The translations under genes and the position numbers were made by a program. The notes below the pieces were generated by a model. The model searched no databases and was not told the DNA's origin. It worked only from the letters and a program-made list of their open reading frames with translations. Shown one piece after another: positions 56,090 through 64,000 of a stretch of 64,000 nt of DNA (its first letter is position 1; the number at the start of each line of letters is the position of its first letter). Source of the DNA: Eledone cirrhosa (Eukaryota); the NCBI GenBank assembly GCA_964016885.1, contig OZ024740.1, positions 154,442,001-154,506,000 on the forward strand. Direction: 5' to 3'.

Positions 56090-56549
56090 TTATTAACAAA
56101 TTCATAGACCTAATTCACTGATCTTCAAGATCCGTGGTCTTAAACCAAAGTTAACAATTATTAATATTACTCTCTAAAATGCTCGGCTAGCATATAAAAA
56201 ATGCATATCTATATGTTAATCGAGCAACTATAAATATTATTACCACCACATCATTAATTATCACCATCACCACCACTATCATCATCATCATCATCAACCA
56301 CGTCATCCCCTTCGTCGTCGTCTTCACCGTAGTAGAATTAGCAAAGCGTCGGAGTATAATACTTTGTATTATTTAGATACATCAATTAGGATCTGGCCAG
56401 AATCAACTTTATTTCACTCTCTTCCCGAGAATTGATAAAACATGTACCAGTAATGTACTGGTCAATATTATTGACTACTGTTCTCTCACCATAAATGTAT
56501 GCCAATATTAGGATTTTTTTTTGTTTAAACTGACCTGGAGGTACTACTG

Positions 56550-56930
56550 GAGAAGATTGCAGGTTTCAGACAAATTCTACAGATATGAAAGTGTGCTGTC
56601 AGTTAGACCTGTCTGTAATGCGTGCTGAGAGATAAAACTGTTCTGCATGCACTTTTTCAGTGTCTGAGCATTGCTGATGTGTGGAGTTTTGTTGATCTGT
56701 TGTTATATAGAACGGAGCCAGTTATCGGTCGAGCCTATCATGAAGATCACCCCACAGCCTTCCTATAGCAGGGAAGGGCAGGCAGTTGTTATTTGCTTGA
56801 TGGCTATTGTGAAAGAGGTTGAGTGATAGACATATCTTGAAAGACTGACAATGGACACTTTCTTCTACGGTCGTGCCCTTATCGACTTCGTTAACTTTCA
56901 CTTTTAGGATTCATGGATAAATAGACTTTC
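56550..56930 (+). pseudogene. LINE ORF2 C-terminal zinc-knuckle fragment
   Basis: CNAC...KTVLHALFQC across a frameshift (CCHC, ET..H....C pattern). Confidence 0.55.
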
Positions 56931-58207
56931 AAACTCTAACATTTATTAGTGGAGATAGCTAAAGTTTTACTAACGAAAGAAACAATAACAGTATTGCCAA
57001 CATTGCAAACTACAAATAATAATAGTTGTAGGCTGTCTTCAAAAAAATAAAATACATAAGCTACGTATATCATTAGAGTGAGTGCCATTTCTCCGGAAAA
57101 TTCAACCAGGAAGGAGCAAGGAAGAGGAACCATATGCCCTCAAAGGTGAATTAGGGGAATTCCGGGCAGATATATGACATGATAGCTTCTCCGTCGACCG
57201 AGAAAAGGTATATATGAGTGTTTACCTGGTTTTTAAGAAAGAAGACGAGAGAAGATGTGGAAAGCTAGTATATCATATACATCATGCCCACTAGCTGGTG
57301 TTACAATATAAAGCGATACATAAAACAAGCATCATGGTCAGGGGCGTGGACCTTTGCAACACAATGTGGGCAGGTGGTCAGCGCAAAGATAACCATCAAT
57401 AACGTGTGGTTGAATGGGATCTGCATAGACATGTAAATCCTGATAACTCCCAAAAAACACAAGACCTCTGGAATGTGTATCCTTTTGTGGGTATAGAGAA
57501 GGCAATATGTCAGATAGTGCATAGCAGGCAGCCCAACTGTTACTCGTGTGAAAGTAAGAGCCACTTGAAGCTTTCTGCTTAGAGAAGCAAGAGAAATAAA
57601 GAAGGAAAACAAACAGCTAGCAACAGCAGAGCTACCGACTGTAACTGTAGGCCCCGGAAGCCGCAGGTTTTAGAGCATCCCCAGTCAGAAAACTGAGTAT
57701 AACAAAACAACTTACCTTGTCCTCAGAACCAAGATCCGTTGAGCAATAAGCACAAACTGTCACTTCTATCGGCCATAACCAGAATCACCACGTTATCATC
57801 TTGCGATTGTGAGTAAAAGGAGAATATGGAACAATGGCAAATTGTCTGTGAAAGTAAAAGATGAAAGGAGACTCAAAAGTATAAATAAAATGTTATCAAG
57901 CCTGGATGAAATAAGACAAAACATGAGGTGCCCCATACCCCAAAGGAGTGTCTGACATACACGGAGTTAAAAAAAGATTACTTACAGCTGTTAAATCTGA
58001 TGTTAACCCTGTGAGATCAGAATTCAGATCGTACGCTGAAGAGAGGTGCTACCCAAACACCTGCTAGAGGTCCAATTATGACTACGTTAGCGATTTATCA
58101 ATATCTCTGTAGATGAATCAGACGATGTGACACCCGCCACAACTCAGCTAAAAGCGAAACATATCTATTATTGAAATATGTTTTTCTATTCTGAAGACAG
58201 TGTAGAG

Positions 58208-58423
58208 TAGGCATGTCAAATATGAGTCCCCCAAGCTGCATGCGGCCCTATACAACCACACGTGTGACCCGCACAAAGGTTTTTACAGCGTCAGCATGTT
58301 TTATCTTCGTAATATAAAATTTAAAAAATTAGTTATAATGTGCGCAATTAGTTGTCGTGTGCGGCCCTCAGACACATATGTGACCCATGTGGCCCTCAGG
58401 GCACCCTCACTTTGACATGCCTG
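58208..58423. mobile_element. Non-autonomous hAT (Charlie-like) element
   Basis: TIRs (T/C)AGGCATGTCAAA / TTTGACATGCCTG, perfect 8-bp TSD GTGTAGAG (58200-07, 58424-31), internal GCGGCCC motifs. Confidence 0.92.
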
Positions 58424-58734
58424 GTGTAGAGCATTGCGAGTTTGTCGTGTATTCTAACGGACAAAATGATTTTCCAGGTTATTTTGGCGGACTGACCAGA
58501 AACAGTTGTAAATGATTAAACAATGTTAATGAAAGCTGGTTGATTTTCCTTCAAATACTTTAGAATATACATGCTCTGCTTATTTCCTAAATGCCTCACT
58601 GACTCTTTCCAAGCTCGAACCCAGCTTCTTTCTTAACGCTTGTTTTGCATGAGATAAATATTGAGCAATCACATCTTTCTGTGGCTGGCAATTACATCTT
58701 ATATATCTGTCTCGACTCTCCTTTGAGATTTGAT

Positions 58735-59125
58735 TATATACTCCCACTTTGTATATATATTAGAAAGTGAGGTTTTTTTTTACAAAATGAAAAATAACCG
58801 AGATGTCCTACACGAGTGAAAGTATAAAGAAAAAAAGATGAAATCGAAAATGCAACTGGAGTCTTATTTTTAAAAAAATATATATATTTATTTGGTTCCT
58901 TTACCGGTTTCGCAGTTCTTCTGCTTTTCAAAAGTAGAGTTGAGATGGAGGGTCTGTGATTTTTCTCACATCTGAGAATGTGAGAAAAATCACAGACCCT
59001 CCATCTCAACTCTACTTTTGAAAAGCAGAAGAACTGCGAAACCGGTAAAGGAACCAAATAAATATATATATTTTTTTTAAAATAAAACTCCAGTTGCATT
59101 TTCGATTTCATCTTTTTTTCTTTAT
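58735..59125. mobile_element. Fold-back element with ~148-bp arms and left-side tail
   Basis: ~58825-58970 is inverted at ~58979-59125; TA flanks. Confidence 0.85.
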
Positions 59126-59149
59126 ATATATATATATACTGTATATATT

Positions 59150-59605
59150 TTACGTGGTTTTGTCTTTGCGTGCAATTGTTCTCTACGCTCCACATATGAC
59201 GTATTATCTTCGTTTTTTTTTCGTTCATTGCCAGAGAACGTCTTTATGAACCACCTAAGAGAACATTAGTCTACGACTTCTTTTATACCATAAACGTCGT
59301 TCTGTCTTTGCGTGTAATTGTTTTTCACCGCTCCAAATAATGACGTATTATATTCGTTTTTTCCCGATCTTTGCCAGGGAACGTTTCCACGAACCAAAGT
59401 ATCGTCTTCCTGTCTTCCTCCGGTTGCAACGTTTTATGAAATATCCACTTCTGCGTTTACAGATTGACTTTGTTAGTTTCAGAAGATCCCGTTAAGGGTG
59501 AAAGCAGCGATTCGTTGCTTAAACTTTAATCTGTTATTTTAATAAATTTTTGCTCTACGGTTCTTATATATTTGATATATATTTATCCTTATCGAGCCCT
59601 CTTTA
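59150..59605 (+). mobile_element. 3' UTR/pLTR fragment of the 32930 PLE family
   Basis: Reverse complement of ~32950-33400 with few differences. Confidence 0.88.
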
Positions 59606-59621
59606 GATTACGCCGTACAGT

Positions 59622-59705
<84 letters not shown>

Positions 59706-59719
59706 GTAAGTCCAAAGAA

Positions 59720-60032
59720 TCATTATCTATAAAAGGCAGATATTTGTGTCTGTATGTATGTTTCAATTTTATACATTTGCACAATTTCAAACCGATTCGA
59801 CTGAATGTCTGTAAGAATGTTGTAAATTGTCTAACTTAGGTCAACGACTATTTATTTATTTCAAACTCACCCACAATTACGGAAATAATCGATAAAACTA
59901 AATACATGACGCTTTACCCCTCTAATAGAATCTGCTTACCTCTCTCTACTCCCCTTAAAATTCGATAAAACTACATACATGCTGCAACTTTCTCTTATAT
60001 ACGCTTAAACTTACAAACTTACTTTAGGAACG

Positions 60033-60070
<38 letters not shown>

Positions 60071-60810
60071 TTTGTTTTTGAGTGTGGAACGGTCAAACAT
60101 TTATTTACTTCAATGACAACAAAGATTATTACATTTCATACGAAACAACAATTATTCAAAGGCAACAGATAAATTTATTCAACAACAAAAAAACAGCGAT
60201 AAATCTTTTTTAAAACATCTCTCAACGAACGTGGAAGAAAGAAGTATCAATTTATTTACTATACACAATAATATACTCTATGGGTTCACTAAACCTGCTA
60301 GAAACAGCAGCTAACTCTCCCCCATATCTCACCTCTCCCTACTGTTTTAAATTTAGAAAACACACATTAGACAACCATGCAGAACAACTCCATCGCAGCT
60401 CTGTTGTTCGGCTGGCAATGATATACTCTATGGGTTCACTAAACCTGCTAGAAACAGCAGCTAACTCTCCCCCATATCTCACCCCTCCCTACTGTTTTAA
60501 ATTTAGAAAACACACATTAGAACACCATGCAGAACAACTCCATCGCAGCTCTGTTGTTCGGCTGGCATCGTCTACGCGCGTGTTGCGCAAGTACTGTGAA
60601 ACAATAAATTTCAACACTTCTTTGCACAGAGATAATATCCATAGGCGAAACTACAATTTTCACTGCTGACGCAGCTCCTGCTTCGGCAGTCCAGGTCTGC
60701 AATTCATGCACCCAGTGCCTGGCAGACAAAAAATTTCTGCCATAAAATGGGTGGTGCAACCTAACTTTGATAACTTACTGACCCCGAGCAACGCCGGGCT
60801 TCAATGCTAG
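59720..60810 (+). mobile_element. Non-autonomous Helitron
   Basis: A|TC 5' end (TCATTATCTATAAAAGGCAG), subterminal hairpin CCCGAGCAACGCCGGG, CTAG|T 3' end, no TSD. Confidence 0.75.
60271..60568 (+). repeat. 150-bp tandem duplication inside the Helitron
   Basis: ATATACTCTATGGGTTCAC at 60271 and 60421. Confidence 0.95.
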
Positions 60811-61572
60811 TCATTAGATAAAATATATACAGTATTCTCTCTCCCAATCAGTATATATATATGTGTGTGTGTTAAAGAGGTAGAATCCCGACCGCGAGCC
60901 CAGCCAATACAACTGGTTTGTACAAGTTTTTTCTAGGCTACCCTTGAAAAAACACATCATGCATTGTCGAGTACTACCCTCATTTGTGGGCTTGCCGGTT
61001 TTCACACCGCAGACACTCTCTATATACATATATGCTTGCTTGTGTGTGAGTGTGTGTGTGTGCGCGCGCGTTTGTATGTGTGTGCATAAGTATGTGTATA
61101 TAGATATGTGTGTGTGTGTGTGTGCGTGTATGCGCATCTGTACACTTGTATGTGTTTATGTTTACAACGGTCTCTTAACCGATGTTGGTTATGTTGTGTC
61201 CCATTACATCCCGTAACGTAGTGGATCGACAATCAAAGGTCGATGAAACAAGAACTATTTTATTCGAAATGATCGACTAAATATTCTTGAGTGCAATGCC
61301 CCAGCATGGCCGCAACGCAATAACTGAGTAAACGAGTATATATAGTGTAACCAGGTTATTATACATCGTTGGGAAGAAGGGTCATGCTCCAGTCAACAGT
61401 GAAATTACCGATCTACCTTCAAACTGCTGACCCAAATTTTTACCCAACGATCGGGGAAAGAAAGTATATACGTGTGTGTGGCTCTATGTGTGTGGGTTTG
61501 TCTGTGTGTGTGTGGTGTGTTTGTGATGAGTGTAGTATGCGTGTTTTGTGGGTATATGTATGTGTATCTATG

Positions 61573-61603
<31 letters not shown>

Positions 61604-61610
61604 GTATATG

Positions 61611-61662
<52 letters not shown>

Positions 61663-61686
61663 GAGAGAGAGAGAGATATATGTGTG

Positions 61687-61714
<28 letters not shown>

Positions 61715-61728
<14 letters not shown>

Positions 61729-61872
61729 CACATATGCACATATAAACACACTCACATATACGGCGCATGTGTTTATATACCCACATAAACACATACACTT
61801 ACCACACACACAAAGAACAACACACACACACGCTCATACATACATATATACAACCACACATAAACACACATG

Positions 61873-61923
<51 letters not shown>

Positions 61924-62015
61924 GTGTGTGTGATAAGTATATGTGTTTATGTGGATATATAAACACGTGTGCCGTATATGTGAGTGTGTGTGTATGTGCG
62001 TATGCGTATGTATGT
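61715..62015. repeat. Imperfect inverted duplication of low-complexity sequence
   Basis: cactcacatatacggc.catgtgtttatata.ccacataaacacata is inverted at ~61935-61990. Confidence 0.7.
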
Positions 62016-62292
62016 ATGTATGTGTGTATGTGTGTGTGGCTCTAAGTGTGTGGGCGTAATTTTGAGTCATCTTTACATCTAAAAAGTGTTCTTAATGTCT
62101 CTATCCATACCATATTACTTCCAGATCACTGGTATTGCTGATGGTGATGGTGATGGTGATGGTGATGGTGATGATTTTGGTTATTGTTGTTGGTGGTGCT
62201 TGTGCTGTTTGACAGGTGGTTGAGAAGACGATGGTAGAAATATGATGGCAGTGGTATTAGCCTCTGCTGTTTTGTGTTATTGACGAAAATGT

Positions 62293-62560
62293 GGAGGCAC
62301 GTGGCTTAGTGGTAAGGGTGTTGGACTTACGATCATAAAGTCATAGGTTCAGTTCTTGGACTGGGTTGTGTGTTGTGTTCTTGAGGAAAACACTTCATTT
62401 CACGTTGCTCCAGTATACTCGGTTGAAAATGAGTACCAGCACTAACTGAGGGTTTAACCCTGCGATGGGAGAGTCTTGTACTCTCAGTCGCTTCCCGCCA
62501 CGGAAACTGGGATAAGCACCCACCTGATGAGCTTCCGGGGGCGAGACAAACCGAAGATGA
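62293..62560 (+). mobile_element. SINE family 2, near full length
   Basis: GGAGGCACGTGGCTTAGTGGTAAGGG head, ttcttgaggaaaacacttcatttcacgttgctccagt core. Confidence 0.85.
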
Positions 62561-62829
62561 CCGAAGCTTAAGAAGCTCACTTTGAAATCATTAGGTGTCG
62601 ACTTCGCGAAGTCTTGTTAGCGAAAATGGGTAGATAAAAACTGTTTTCAAGCTAGATGAATGAAATGTACTTTTAATTCAAAGGGCCAGCCTTTTCACAT
62701 ATTATGTCATACTGAATCTCCCTGGGAATTATGTTAAGGATAAACATGTGTATGAAATGTTCTACGTCAGCAACAATTAAATAACCTTTTAATCCCCACG
62801 GACATTGAACTTTACTATTGTAGTGGATG

Positions 62830-64000
62830 TGAGGTGGTTGTTTGGATGGTTGTTGTGGTGGTTGTAGTGGTGGATGTAGTAGTAGCTCTAGTGGTGGTTG
62901 TAGTGGTAGCTGTAGTGGTGGGTGGTTGTGGTGGTCGTTGTAGTGGTGGTTGTGGTGGTGGATGTAGTGACAGTTGTAGTGGTAGTTGCACTGGTAGCTC
63001 TAAGTGGTGGTTGTAGTGGTGGATGTAGTGGTGGTTGTGGTGGTGGTGGGTGTAGTGGTGACTGTGGTCGCAGCGGTAGTGGTGGATGCAGTGGTAGCTG
63101 AAGTGGTTGTGGTGGTGGTGGATGTAGTGGTGACTGGTCGTGGCTGTAGGGGTGGTTGTAGTGGTGGATGTAGTGGTGGTTGTAGTGATAGCTGTAGTGG
63201 TGGTTGTGGTGGTGGTGGTTGTAGTGGTGGCTGTGGTGGTTTTGGTAGTGGTTGTAGTGGTGGCTGTGGTAGTTGTAGTGGTAGCTATAGTGGTGGTTTA
63301 TGTGGTGGTTGTGGTGGTGGGTTTAGTGATGGATGTAGTGATAGCTGTAGTGGTATTTGTTGTGGTGGTTGTAGTGGCGGCTGTGGTCGCGGCTTTAGTG
63401 ATGATTGTAATGGTGGTTGTAGTAGTGGATTCAGTTGTGGTTGTAGTGCTGACTGTAGTGGGGGTTGTAGTGCTGACTGTAGTGGTGGTTGTAGTGCTGA
63501 CTGTAGTGGGGGTTGTAGTGGTGACTGTAGTGGGGGTTGTAGTGGTGACTGTAGTGGGGGTTGTAGTGGTGACTGTAGTGGGGGTTGTAGTGCTGACTGT
63601 AGTGGGGGTTGTAGTGGTGACTGTAGTGGGGGTTGTAGTGGTGACTGTAGTGGTGGTTGTAGTGGTGACTGTAGTGGGGGTTGTAGTGGTGACTGTATTG
63701 GTGGTTGTAGTGGTGACTGTAGTGGGGGTTGTAGTGCTGACTGTAGTGGGGGTTGTAGTGCTGACTGTAGTGGGGGTTGTAGTGGTGACTGTAGTGGGGG
63801 TTGTAGTGGTGACTGTAGTGGGGGTTGTAGTGGTGACTGTAGTGGGGGTTGTAGTGCTGACTGTAGTGGGGGTTGTAGTGGTGACTGTAGTGGTGGTTGT
63901 AGTGGTGACTGTAGTGGGGGTTGTAGTGGTGACTGTAGTGGGGGTTGTAGTGGTGACTGTAGTGGGGGTTGTAGTGGTGACTGTAGTGGGGGTTGTAGTG
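62830..64000. repeat. (GGT/TGTAGTGG) simple repeat grading into a 24-bp minisatellite; runs off the window
   Basis: Unit GTTGTAGTGGTGACTGTAGTGGGG is homogeneous from ~63440. Confidence 0.95.

Noticed and set aside
60280-60669. 129-aa ORF with internal repeat
   Set aside because: Produced by the 150-bp tandem duplication inside the Helitron; no recognisable domain.
62830-64000. CRISPR array or Gly/Cys-rich coding exon
   Set aside because: No unique spacers, eukaryotic context, and a simple tandem repeat with no splice or start evidence.

Overview
AT-rich eukaryotic, repeat-saturated window with no recognisable host protein-coding gene. The SINE families and extreme (TA)n/(TG)n/(GA)n density suggest an octopod cephalopod (inference). 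It is a mosaic of Penelope-like element (PLE) fragments (four with GIY-YIG and/or RT coding remnants), more than a dozen fold-back PLE ends inserted in (TA)n, more than 20 hammerhead-ribozyme (HHR) like motifs, tRNA-derived SINEs, RTE and Tx1/L1-like LINE scraps, two DD37D Tc1/mariner relics, a Chapaev3-like transposase relic, hAT and pogo MITEs, a Helitron, and large simple repeats. Almost all supplied ORFs are microsatellite artefacts. The most notable signal is a ~101-nt RNA motif present in five diverged copies plus one partial copy (2851, 7305, 12585, 34600, 41345). It has a complete hammerhead catalytic core whose strands occur in the non-circular order NUH -> GAAA -> CUGAUGA. The motif is held together by pseudoknotted helices that covary between copies, with a kink-turn in the stem III extension. 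All structures were deduced by eye and none has been tested.
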